The notes below the pieces were generated by a model that saw nothing but the letters and a program-made list of their open reading frames with translations, had not been told where the DNA came from and ran no database searches. A program made the translations under genes and the position numbers. This document shows positions 36,680-49,100 of a DNA stretch of 64,000 nt, piece by piece. The DNA comes from Ruditapes philippinarum (lineage: Eukaryota), in assembly GCF_026571515.1 (NCBI RefSeq), contig NW_026854050.1, positions 1 to 64,000 on the forward strand. The letters are read 5' to 3'. Each line of letters starts with the position of its first letter. Positions within the stretch are counted from its first letter, which is position 1.

Positions 36680-37145
36680 CCTATAACCTCGGAGTTAATA
36701 CGGTTCTACCACTTGGTTTCAGATGTAAACAGAAACATAGATAATGTTAAACCAATGTATATATTTGACATCCAAATGTCAATATATTCTTTCTGGTACA
36801 ATGATGATTGAACATATGTTGGACAACCATTTTTAATTAAATATGCCCACTTATGCGCAACTTTAAACAAATCCGACTTATTGTCTACAGGATTGCATTT
36901 TGTACATTCGGTTTCTAAAACCATAATAATAAGTATATAAATAAAGTATTCTTTATCTTTATATCTATAAATTACTCATTTTAGTTGGACATTATTTTGA
37001 TATATTGGAAAAAAAACTTATCAACAACTCCCAGCATTAAATTTCTACATTTTGTATTTGTTTACATGTTAAGTTTCGTAGCTTAGGTTTGAATTCGAGG
37101 TCCTTATCCGAAGACTTACGGAAAGGGCCGAAAAGTTGCGATTGC
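36680..37145 (+). repeat. Interspersed repeat, copy of 25330-25850
   Basis: Colinear similarity, as noted for 25330-25850. Confidence 0.75.
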
Positions 37146-37230
37146 GTCAAAGGTATTATTTAACCTATGCAATCAATTTGAGGTCTGCGACCTTCAGGAA
37201 CAACAGCATTTCTATCGGCTGCTGAAATAT

Positions 37231-38370
37231 TTATGTTAAATACAAATGCCTTGCACATACCGCGACATACGGCTGTTTCTTCTTTCGAGGCGGCGGTGGG
37301 CGTGTCTTCAACACAGGCGTTCTTTTCGGCACGGGTGCACCAGTAGTTTTGCACGGGTTCTTCTCACATGTTGGCAAAACATTACACTTTTCCATATGAC
37401 TTTGGTTTGGGTACCAACGATGGTCGGAGCTTTTTGGTGAGCAGGCGCAGCTTCGACAAGAACAGGCATGTGTATCGTAATAAGGCAGACTACTAAAATC
37501 ACGAAATTCGTTTAAGCGTTGGTAAGTATACTCCTCACTGGAAAAAAAACAGGATATGAAAACAAGGGTCAATCAAGGAAATAATTTTTTATGTAAATAA
37601 TTTTAATGTTTATTAATGATATCAGACTGACGTCTATACTGAGGCTGTACACAAAGTCCCGGAACTATATATAGGGTGGTATGCTTTGTTATATAGACAA
37701 ATAATTGAATTTAAAGATTAAAAAAACAACTCGAGTCTGTAATGCATCTGTCAATAGATGGAAAAAAATGGTTGAGTTTTTACCTGCCGTCTTTGCCCTC
37801 ACTGTCAGATCAATGCTGTTGTTTTGTTTTGGCGCCAAAATGGCCAAAGACCTGTCCAACCGACCGTGCAGGAGCTTTAACTAGCGGATTGTCCCCAGAT
37901 TCGTGACAATTGTTTTGATAAAATAAAAGTAAAATATCGGCTTATTCCCTTGGGCTGGAGGCGTGGTTATTTGAATAATTGACCAGTACTCACCGGTATT
38001 GTTCCATATAACTTGAATTTCTCCGGAAGTGCCTGAAACGTCGCCCTATCTTAATCGGAAGTACTTTGTGGCTATTAATACTTCCTGTAGAACTTGAATG
38101 ACTTGCGTTTACGTCAGAATTGTTCGATGACGCGGAACTCTCCTTTGAAGGGATGCGAGGTGAACTAGACCTAGCACCATTTCTGTAGCGATGACGTGTC
38201 AAACGCATCATAGCCGGAAATGACTTTAAAGCAGGGGAACTTCGGGATTTCCCATGTCGTCTGATCGTATCTTGAGCCTCATTTGCGTTTGTGGGTGGTA
38301 TCTGGTTACCGGCGGTTCCCTGAACGTGAGGTCTGTCACAAACTTCCCAACCTTTTAGACCTCGTTTTAA
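37231..38370 (-). CDS. Last two coding exons (38370-37994, 37537-37231) of an uncharacterised Arg/Ser/Pro-rich protein with a Cys cluster
   Basis: tttag|TTA AAA CGA open through TAC CG|gtgagt, joining ccag|T GAG GAG in frame (phase 2) to the stop at 37231. GC content is higher than the flanks. No family recognised. Confidence 0.6.
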
Positions 38371-38564
38371 CTAAAACACAAACAAGAAAGTTACAGGTTG
38401 TGAATAATGCAAACTTTTTGAGACTGTAAGTTAACACAATTAAGTTTATGGAAACAGAAGTGTTTTTTAACTTCTAAATAAACTATTCAACTGCAGCACC
38501 TTATTATGGTGACTGATTTGTGCCATTCGTGTTTTCGCCCCGCGGCCCTGACAAGCGGAAAGTT

Positions 38565-38776
38565 TGTTTTTTGTTTCATTTCACGCCTTTTCCCAACAGT
38601 ATCTCAGTCATATAGGCGGGTAGTTTTCTAACCATCGTTGCTGGAGAGTTACACCAGTACTAGACTATACCTTCCTCCGCGCTAAACTACCAAAGCATCT
38701 CCCGGGGATCGAACCCACGCCAGAGAGGAAACTGGATTAGAAGTCATCGACTCTAACCCCTCGACCACGGAGGCAG
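38565..38776 (-). mobile_element. tRNA-SINE family A (third copy)
   Basis: Reverse complement of the 16786 copy, including the empty site CCTATATGACT. Confidence 0.85.
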
Positions 38777-38835
38777 TTTCAAGCGGAAAGTCGAGAATCC
38801 CTGACCCAATACACCATGGTGTTAACTGGCAATAA

Positions 38836-39724
38836 CACGGGGGGATGGAACCCCATATGAATCGGTAAAAAGTATGTGAATTTCCGCTGCTCCAGATGTG
38901 AAGCATAACACCAGATGTGACAGTGAAATTAGGTTAATCGCAGGGCAAGTTTTCAACTTTTTTAACAATGGACAGCAATAAAGGGAATGATTGCACGGCA
39001 CATGACGTCAATAAATCAAAATAAGCAAGGCCTTTCCATCATATCTACGTATTATTAGCACCTTTTGTCTGCAGAAAGTCTTTTATCTGTATGGATACTA
39101 GATGTTATTCAAGCTCGTCTCATGAAAATGTTTCTACTTCGGATAATAGTTTTTATTACAGATTGATACACAAAAGAATAAAGTATAGATTGTTTTATGA
39201 AGGTGATCCGTAATAATGTTGCTAATTTTTATATCATGCACTTATGGCATTCTTCTGCACATGTGGAGCTCAAATGCAATTTTGAACAGCAATTCTTTTG
39301 TTTTTAGCCAAATCTCAGTGAATGTTTAAATCAGGATTTGTTCGAATGTTAAGCATCGGTCTGTGGTGAGATTTCGTAAAATTTCTTTATTTTGCGTCCG
39401 TTAAGTGACATTTTCTTCATACACATTGTATGTTTTGGCAACACTAGAACCCACGACGAAAAGAATATCTCGATGAAGAAAAATGGGTTATATAGAAGAG
39501 AGTCAGGAGGGTAGAATCACATTTCGATTTTCTTTAAAAAAAAAACAAAAAAAACAAAGGTTTGAATTATATATAACTGTTTAAAAAGTTGAAAACTTAC
39601 CCTGCTATTGACCTAATTTTACTGTCACATCTGGTGTTATGCTTCACATCTGGTGCAGCGGAAAATCACATATAATTTTTACCGATGCTCATTTTTGAGA
39701 TTCATATGGAGTTCCACCCCCATG
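38836..39724. mobile_element. Non-autonomous DNA transposon with ~140-bp imperfect TIRs, CAC terminus, flanked by AATAA direct repeats
   Basis: CCAGATGTGAAGCATAACACCAGATGTGACAGT and its reverse complement near 39620-39655; AATAA at 38831-38835 and 39725-39729. Confidence 0.75.
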
Positions 39725-41097
39725 AATAAGGTTCAAGAGTCAATCTGTCAATGCAAGTGTACTGAGTCTGAGTCTGTGTAATGAAATTACGACTCCTAGA
39801 GGATCGAACCAGCCACCCTGAAACACCAGTCTGATGTTGTCCCTATTAAGCTAATGGGTGGTCCTTTTAATTAAGGTAATGTAGGAATCGATAGTTTTCA
39901 ATGCAAACGCTTATAAATAAGTTGAGCTGCTATCGAAAAAAAGCTGATACATTACATAAAATTTGTATTTTTTACTTCATCATTAAGCTGAAGTACAATT
40001 TATACCCAGTAATCGAAAAACGAGACATCAGTTCTTAACACGGCGACAGTAGCTTTTGTTTTTCATATACATGTAATATATGAGTCTCTATGAAAGTAAA
40101 TCAATATGTATCTGTTTTAGCTCAATTTCTTGTGAAAAAAACCCGGAGCTATTTACAAGACCCACCAAGTGACGTCGGCTATTGTTTACCATTGTTGTTA
40201 AAGATCATGTATGTTGTGATCAAAGTGGTAAACCACACTTAGTGATATTATACATGTATATACATGTATGTACATAATTATGCAAATAAAACAAAAAAAA
40301 TCTGGAAACAAAGTGATCCCTCGGAAGCATTAATCACAACAAAATTACATAAGAATTGCAGACTCGGTTTGATTGAGTTTGTACATGAGGGATAATGAAT
40401 AAGTGCAACAACCCTCATGCCCCCTAGCACCGGCTTGAGCGGTACTCAATTCTCAACACTTAATAGTGCCGGCATCAATGATCCCGAAGGACCCGAAAAA
40501 TATAACAACACTGAAGTGAAGTATGGGGCAAAGTTTATGTTTCTTTTAATGCCAATTCAATATTTATAATAATTACGCCTTTTCTAACACAGAAAGTTCA
40601 TCCCGGCACCCCAGCCTGTTAATATATAGGTACAGTTTACACCCAACAGTTAACACGGAATAATATCCTGATACTAGTAGTTACATATGCCCTCTTTTAC
40701 ACTCGAGTTTGCTCTTCCATGAAAAACCATATGTTTACTTGGAAAAATCACAAGCGCGTTTTCAAAAAAATTCCAAGAAAACTCTAACAACGAAACACTC
40801 TTTAATAACTGAAGTTTTTATATCTGTTTCTTTTTCGGACCTTTTTTTAAAGGCCAAAAATAGGTCTTAATAAAATAACTTACGATCCAAAGTGTTTCTT
40901 CCGATACTTTTCGGAAAAAAGTGTCCTAAATAATTTAAAAGAAGAAAAATTAAATTAAATCAAAACACATGTAAATGTTTTTGTCAACCATCAAGACTAT
41001 ATCAATATTCAAAGTTGATGATTTATGATATAAGCAGCAGAGAAAAAGTGCCGCCTGACCAGATTCTAATCTAGAACTCTCACATTAAGGTTCCAAA

Positions 41098-41280
41098 GGG
41101 ATGCGGTGGCCTAGTGGTTAAGGTATCTGCCTCTCAACACAGTGATCAAGGGTTCGAGCCCTAATCGGGTCACGACCATGTTTCTTCATATGACACAAGT
41201 ACTGGTTGCTTCCAGGAAGCGGACTCGAAAGTGATTAATATAAGTTGCAAGAACTTGATTCGCAACCGAGCTTTAATAAA
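41098..41280 (+). mobile_element. tRNA-derived SINE
   Basis: GGTGGCCTAGTGGTTAAG A box, GGTTCGAGCCC B box, non-tRNA body, AT-rich tail. Confidence 0.7.
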
Positions 41281-41339
41281 TATTATATAGTATGTTTGAA
41301 CCATTAAGACTCCGCAGCTCAATGAGCTCGGCGTTTGTG

Positions 41340-41645
41340 GTGTTGGTTTAGTTTTCGCTCCGGGTCACGCTGTCAGCCACATTGAATTTACCAAAGCACA
41401 GTTCAGTCACCGCATCGTTCCTTGGCAAGCTGTCAAGCATTTTACCAGTTCTAGTAGTTGCCTTCACTCTATGATAACTTCTGTGTATGCAAGAGCAGAG
41501 GTACAGTGCGAATGACCGTAAAAAGGATGTCATGATCAATTTCAACGAAAGTGACCTGCGCCGTGCGCGAATCGAACCCGGGTCGCCCGCTTCACAGTTC
41601 AACACTCTTCCTATGAGCGCAATGAGCTCTATCGTCGAGTTACCC
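41340..41645 (-). mobile_element. tRNA-derived SINE (different family)
   Basis: Minus strand has a GGGTTCGATTC B box followed by a conserved-looking core GTCACTTTCGTTGAAATTGATCATGACATC. Confidence 0.6.
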
Positions 41646-41699
41646 ATTATACTCTATAGTTACATACAGTGACAACGATGATACATTATCATTATTTTT

Positions 41700-41880
41700 G
41701 TTGTTGTTGTTGTTGTTGCTGCTGCTGCTGCGTTGCACCAACACAGAAGATGTCATAATTATGGCGACTTTCCAGAGGAAGACCTCTCGGGTGCCGCTCA
41801 GTGCATTATTTCAGGCACGAGCGGGCAGCTGACCAGAACCATCGGCGTTCCGTAGGCAGCTAGCTAGGTAGATTCCTCAA
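41700..41880 (-). mobile_element. 3' fragment of SINE family C
   Basis: Matches the reverse complement of the 50920-51050 body and tail. Confidence 0.55.
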
Positions 41881-42552
41881 ATGGGGCAACTGTGACTGGC
41901 GGCTTCGTTCACGAGCAACGTCGCTGCGAGTGGGTGTTTGTACAAGAGGCGTCACCCATTCCTTTGGCTAGTGTACGTCTATACGGACAAGTTGGTAAAA
42001 TGGTGGATTGTGGTGCATATTTGGAGCGTTGCCCTCACGTGTTTTAAAAATAAACTGAAAATATTTGCCATTTAACATGTGAATCATAATATATCAAAGT
42101 CAGTACTGTCAGCATCTCCCAACTGTCCCCGTATTTTATCAGTATTAAATGATCCGCCTGATTTCATTGCTAATGTCATAAACACAAGTCTGATATTGAC
42201 ATGGACAACAATTTTCACTGAGAAATAAGAAGCGCGAGGTAATTACACGGACGATATTTTTTTAAAGCAACAATAAATAACCTTACTGGTAGAGGAACTA
42301 TTTTATATAGAACAGATTTCGCTCATCCGTAGTTCGACATACGAATTCGTTTGTAAACTAAAACGACGTTAACAAATAGATCTACAGTATAGTTGAGAAT
42401 AAAGCGCCACTGGTAGACTTACAAGATACATTTGGTAATTTGGAAAATGTATTGTAGATCTATATTATATATGCTTACAAACTGCAACGGTCATTCTATA
42501 TGAACATTGTAGAATTATGCACAAACATGTAATTAAGTAGGCTTAAATTGCG

Positions 42553-43252
42553 GATTTCAACCGCATACACACGTGAGTCTTTCTGATTTTAACCGCATAC
42601 TCACGTGGGTCTTTCTGATTTTAACCGCACACTCACGTGGGTCTTTCTGATTTCAACCGCGTACTAACGTGGGTCTTTCTGATTTCAACCGCATACGCAC
42701 GTGGGTCTTTCTAATTTTAACCAATTCTCACGTGGGTCTTTCTGATTCCAACCGCGTACTCACGTGGGTCTTTCTGAACTTAACCGCATACTCATGTGGG
42801 TCTTTCTAATTTTAACCGCATACTCACGTGGGTCTTTCTAATTTTAACCGCATACTCACGAGAGTCTTTCTGATTTTAACCGCGTACTCACGCGGGTCTT
42901 TCTGATTTTAAACACGTACTCACGTGAGTCTGTGATTTCAATCGCGTACTCACGTGGGTCTTTGTGATTTCAACCGCGTACTCACGTGGGTCTTTCTGAT
43001 TTTAACCGCGTACTCACGTGTGTCTTTGTGATTTCAACCGCGTTCTCACGAGGGTCTTTCCGATTTTAACCGCGTACTCACATGAGTCTTTCTGATTTTA
43101 ACAGCGTACTAACGTGGGGCTTTCTGATTTTAAACGCGTTCTCACGTTGGTCTTTCTGATTTCAACCGCGTATTCACCTGCATTGGTCTTTCTGATTTCA
43201 ACCGCGTACTCACGTGAGTCTTTCTGATTTTAACCGCGTACACGCGTGGGTC
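42553..43252 (+). repeat. 32-bp minisatellite, about 22 copies
   Basis: Unit GATTTTAACCGCGTACTCACGTGGGTCTTTCT, head to tail, no spacers. Confidence 0.95.
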
Positions 43253-43315
43253 TATATATAGGCAGTTACTCCACTGGTAGGCTGGTAACAGGTAATATGT
43301 CTGAAGACATACTCT

Positions 43316-44130
43316 GGTTGGAGAGACATAAAATATTGACACCGTTGAAAATTGACTCCATGGATCATTTTTCAGCGGATTTTGATCAATTTTCAACGTT
43401 TTTTCATACATGTGAAACAGTAACATATCTGTATTCCTTTCAAATTTTTAAGCGGTGAACATTTATTTATTTTATTACAGTGGACTATATACATTTGCCA
43501 ATCCATCAGCAATATATTTGATAATGGAATGCTATATGCCACTTATGTAGTGAACTATTATATTACATTGCATACAGAATAAGGTATGCTAATGTTTTTT
43601 TCCGCTATCACAGGGGTGGGGCGTTTCCTAGTATTAAAGTAACTGTCTCTTACTGTTAATAATATTTAAAAGATATTACACTAGTTAAAATCTATCTACC
43701 CCTCTGCTAAGAATGCAGCCTTCGTATTGGTCAGGGGAAGTAACCGCTGCGAAGTTTGTAGTGTAACTCCCAACAATGGTTACTTCCCCTGGTCAGTAGC
43801 CTTGATATTAATCTTGTGATATTTGTTTGTACACTAAGTAGGCGGAGCCTAACAATCAAATTTAAAGGTACTGCATGCAATATATGCATATTTAATGTAG
43901 ACTTTAATAAGAAACATTGTAGAATTAAATATGAGAGATTCTGCCTCCAAGCGATTCTATACTAAAATCAGACGTTAAACTAAAATGACACTAACTATTA
44001 ACAAAATAACCCTATTTTGATAAAAATTTAAAAACTGATCAGTGCTCAACGACTTGTTCATCAACATTAAAAAATAACGGTGTCCCATAGGATCGATTTT
44101 CAACGGGGTCAAAATTTAATGTAACACCTG
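43316..44130. mobile_element. Degenerate TIR element
   Basis: ACATAAAATATTGACACCGTTGAAAATTGA at the left and TCGATTTTCAACGGGGTCAAAATTTAATGT at the right are imperfect inverted repeats. Confidence 0.45.
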
Positions 44131-45791
44131 CACTTAATTACATTTTTTTGCAATATAACTAAATTATCTTATATATATTTAAAATATTGATCCGCTTTCA
44201 CAAAGTTCGGTTCAAAGCTTTTACGATACACTACAAGAATTATTCATTAATTGGAATAGTTCTAAACCGGTACTTCTTTAAGGTCCTGAATGAGGTATAT
44301 ATACAAACATAGTCTTTTTACCCGCAACAGTACTTAGATACATTAAACACTTCAGTTTTAATTTTCAAAACTAGTTGGAAAATCAGCATCAATAAATTAT
44401 TTTTTACATTTTTACATTTATCTGTTTGTTGTTGTTTTGTTTTTGATTTTTTTTTAATGATATTTCATCTATTTTTGAAATATCTTTTCCAAGTCAGTGG
44501 TTCTAACGGTCTGCCTTATAGTTATGTCAGTTTAGTCAGTTTCTAAATTCAAAATTTTACTATTTCATGTTTAAATGTTGAATTCTGCTTAAGCCGGTGC
44601 TAGGGGGCGTGGACGGTAACTTGCACTTTCCAGTACCGTCCATGAACAGGCTCAATCAAACCGAGCCTGCAACATTTTCAATTGTGCCGTGTTGGGCTTT
44701 CTTTAGGGATTCTGTATTTATCTATTTTAGTAAAAAGAACGTTTTGGGGCAGTTTTTGTTGTTTTTGTTTTTTTTTGGGGGGGGGGGCTGTTGATGTAAT
44801 TTGACGTACATTGAAAAGTTTACCAAATTAAAAAACTCTATATTTGGGTAATCATGCACTGTACTTGTTTGTAATAAAAAAGCAACACAAAAAACAACAA
44901 CAACAAAAAACAAACAACATAAATTTAGTCATAGCTGTATATAAAGTATACATCAAGTCTTGCGGTACCTATGTCTCGGAGTTATCTCTGCAACCAGTAG
45001 AGCTTTTTTTTAAATCAAAAAGAGTTAATAATTAGAATCTACTTTAAGTGCATGGAATTATATTTGTCCAAAATTTTGAAATCAAATGATTTGTTCATCA
45101 ATACATTTTATCAATTAAATTAACACCAACTTGTCATTTTTAGAGTATATCATACTCGCGCGTTAAAAAGATGTATAACATGTAAACATTATTTCAACCA
45201 GTAGAATATTTTTTATGAAATTGTCAAATATACGCGATGAGCGGACAAAACCCGCATAATAGATCTGCCACGTGATCAGATTATTAAATCCGTGACGTCA
45301 TCGGTTGAATACATGTATTACTTTCGGGGAACACTTGGAAACATGGATTTCAAAGAATTGAAATATTTTCGTGAATTTTTCAAACGCATGTTCATAATTT
45401 TTCTCTATTTAAGAAAATCGGACACATTCGACATCAATAAAACTGGCCTTGTCGACAAGCTATTGAAAACGGCTGTCTGATCTTTGCATATAATCTTTAC
45501 CTGCATATTGAAATAGTTAATTAGTTTGTAAGGAAAATATATCAAATTAAAAAGCACCTCGCTTTGGTGGCTATCCTCTCAAAAAAATCATGACAAAAAA
45601 TTAAGCGCGCATTTATCGAAAGTTCGAATCATGTAGGTGGCGAATATGTCCCAAATGACGTAACGCGACATTCATGTTATCATTATTTCCAGGAAATACA
45701 GCTGTATCTCATCTAGGTCGTCTGTGAATGGTGGGTAAGTTATTTTCATTACGATTAAATTTGAATAGAATTATATCTGATTTCAGTTTAC

Positions 45792-45979
45792 CTTGGATAA
45801 GAATTTCCTTTTCCATCTGCTATTAGATTGTTTTCAAAATATACCGCGCATGAAATGACGTCATCCAAATTTGACCAATCGTTTACTTTCTTTTCATGTT
45901 CTTTGACCTGCTGCCGACAATTCAGGTGTAGGTGTTGTAGTGCCTTCCTATTCTCAATTTCCATCTCTGACATTGTCAT
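45792..45979 (-). CDS. Probable first coding exon of the minus-strand unknown gene
   Basis: AAAATG start, 62-codon protein-like ORF ending at CCAAG|gtaaac. The link to the 38370 exon needs an unresolved intervening exon. Confidence 0.45.
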
Positions 45980-46153
45980 TTTTCATATTAGCTAGATTTA
46001 TTTTACTCTTGTGTTATTTACCTATTTATTTCTAATTGTTTTTTTTTTGTAGATAGTTAATTCAACGTGACTTCGGTTCACCCCAGTGACCTCATGAATA
46101 ATTCATAGAATTTAGAAGGAGGCTTTAGTGTGTCGGTTTGTGTAGGGTTGAAA
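45980..46153. promoter_or_regulatory. Putative compact bidirectional promoter / 5' UTR region
   Basis: 174 bp between two divergent ATGs; contains the palindrome ATGAATAATTCAT. Confidence 0.4.
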
Positions 46154-49100
46154 ATGTCGGATAGAGAGAGTGGTGACGAGCAACAAGCTCAGGGTTAGTA
46201 TATAATTAAAAACATTCTGTAATAATAGATCAAATGGTCTACTCTAGATGTGTGCGTGCTGTGTTCAAATTAGCTTTTCTTTCGCTGACTTTGCAATTTT
46301 CCCGCACTCGTGTCAATTTTTCCTGGCTGAAAAATCCCACATTTTGTTAGCTTACTCTCAATGTCCTGTCAAATTTAACGAATGTCATTTGATTATTTAT
46401 GTATACATGCCTTTTATTTTGTATATTCGATGCAAACAAGATTACATGAGACAGGTTTTATGTGTTTATTTTGATATTTTTCTCGCATGCGGCATGAGAT
46501 CAAAATGCACCAGAAAACCAACATGGCAGCTGACCTAGATTGACAATCAACGTCAATTATTGTTAAAAATTTAGTTGTATTTTCTTCTAAAAGACAGAAT
46601 TTTCACTGGTATTGTGACTCATTTTTTATTTGTTCCAACAGTGTTTACACGAAATCTTATCTGGGTTTATAATTTGGGATAAATTTGATACACTTTCCAG
46701 CGGAAGTTAAATCTTAATTGGTTAGATTAATCTCCCTTGCACTCTTTAATTCATTTTATATTAGTTATATTCAGAGAAGTGATTTATTTTGGGATTTTTA
46801 CCATGAAAATATAATAATAACTGTGATGGGTTCTTTAATATCACACTAAATATTTTAAATGGACTTGTCCATCTTTCAATCTGGACTAACCCATTAATCA
46901 ATTTTAGGGAAAATTTTACAATATGTATTGATTAAATTGTCAACAATGCAGGCCATGATCTTGTACTATACTGGTCATATGTATAGGTTATAGGTTATAT
47001 ACAGAGTTTTAATAAATTAATTTTCGAGCAAACGAAGTGAAGCGAGAAAATTTAAAAAAATTTAAACAAAATAGAACGATTTTATTGGTAGACAAACTTT
47101 TGGCGAACTATAAGGATAGATAAAGTGCCACCAGCAGGGTGCATATTTAAGTCTTTAAACCTACCTGTCAGGTCTTGCGGCTTAGTGTGAATTTATCAAT
47201 TTTTTTATGATGATGTGTAATATTTAACGTTCTTGCACTGTCCACAGAACTAAATTTAAATGAAGAGAACTCCATCAGGGATTTATTATCCAGCAAGTTC
47301 ACATTTTCGCAAGTTTTTCTGAGACTATTTTTCACACAAGAAAATTTACCAACATGTGCACCGCAATATTTATGGTAATCAAGAGAAGTTAACAAAAAGA
47401 AGTTGCAGAAATGTAACAAGCAATATAGATTAAGAATGTGTAAATTATTTTTTATTCTTATGTAATTGTTATTCTTATAAAATTATTGAAGGACTCTTTT
47501 TGGAAAAAAAATCAGGACTTAGAATTCAGAATTTTTCTAGGAGAGCATTCCATTTCAAACATATAAAATCCACTGGAAAAAAATTGAAAAGAAATGCTGT
47601 TTGTGACAGGTTAAATTGATCTGTTTCACATTGTTTTTGTCAGCAGAATATTGTATATCTACACCCTTTCAGTTTCACATGGTTCCATATTTGTCTGGAT
47701 GCACCAGGAAGACTCAATTCTTCCTCAAAATGTTTCACAATAGCAAGTTATAAAAAAAAACCCCAGATATTTAAACGGTAGTTTATTGATATTTAACCAA
47801 TATTTAACCAAATAAGAAATGGAAAACACTGATATTACCCTTGCTTAGAGTAGCGACCCTCTTCCTCCAAAGTCGATTGAGGGCTCTGTTATATTAATCT
47901 GACTAATGATTGAAACTGCTGTACAATTTAACCAAGTTCTCTTCTGGCAATTAAGCAGTGATTTTCCTGGAAAGTTGAATAATAATGTACCGTTACTGTT
48001 ATCCACGTGATTATGTTAGACATTGTATCATTTTGAAAAGACTTAATCCTTTAAGACAATATCAATTATCATATTCTCTACATATTTCCAAATGTGTGCG
48101 TGAGTTTTTTTTACACCAGTCATTTGTTGCCACCCCCACCTACAACCAAATTTGAAATTTTGTAGACCTATTTTTGGTTAATCATACCCTGGTCTGTATA
48201 TGCCCGGCTCCAACCTGGCAGAGGACAGTCATAAGGTAAAATCCCCTCCATAAAACTGACACAGCCACTTGCCCAGTAAGAAAAATTACCTGATGTTGGT
48301 GACATCAAAGGCTCTGACATTGCAAGGTTAATTGTTGAGAATCACCGTCTTAACTCAAAAAACTGTTAAACTCCTAAACTACCTCATTTATGCCCACAGG
48401 GTAGGGAGGGGTGAGGTTACAAATGACTGGTGCGTTATCTCTGTGTGTTTACAAACTCACATGTGTGTTTTCACTTTTTCGAATAATTTTGTTTGTAAGT
48501 TTTCCCATATACATCACTATTACTAGATATATCCATTACCCACCATATTTTATCTTCTTATTGGCGGTGTAGGCAAAGACGAGACCGCTGGTTCAAAGCA
48601 CGAAGATGAAAATGGTACGTAACTTTTCCAAAAACTCAAATTTAGCTTGGAATGAGGGGATGATAAGAATGAAAATTTTGTTAGCTACATGCACATGTTT
48701 ATTGTATAAATAGGTTTATCAATAAAATAATATCTTAAGATATTAACAACTACAGTTTATATATTAATTCTGTTGGCTAAATTAGCATGTTGCATGGAGT
48801 TTCGGTTTTTCTCACTCATTTATTGCAGGAATTTTAGAATGCTTTGAAATAATTAAAACTGTTACTGGTATTTTCATTATTTTTATTACAAGATGGCCTT
48901 GGAAAACAAGAATACTTTAACAGTATAGCCTTATAAAAATAATTGACCACAGAGATTCATTCATAGAAGAAATAAGTTGATATATTTAATTATTTGTTAG
49001 ATACAGTCAAACCTGAAAAAAAATTGACCAAAGAGATTCATTCAAAGAAGAAATAAGTTGATATATTTAATTATTTGTTAGATACAGTCAAACCTGAAAA

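Noticed and set aside
42553-43252. CRISPR-like 32-bp repeats
   Set aside because: The units are head-to-tail with no unique spacers, there are no cas genes, and the context is eukaryotic.
40355-44680. Inverted ~90-bp matches at 40355-40445 and 44585-44680 as ends of one 4-kb transposon
   Set aside because: They are diverged, have no TSD and no internal coding remnant; two separate repeat fragments explain them equally well.
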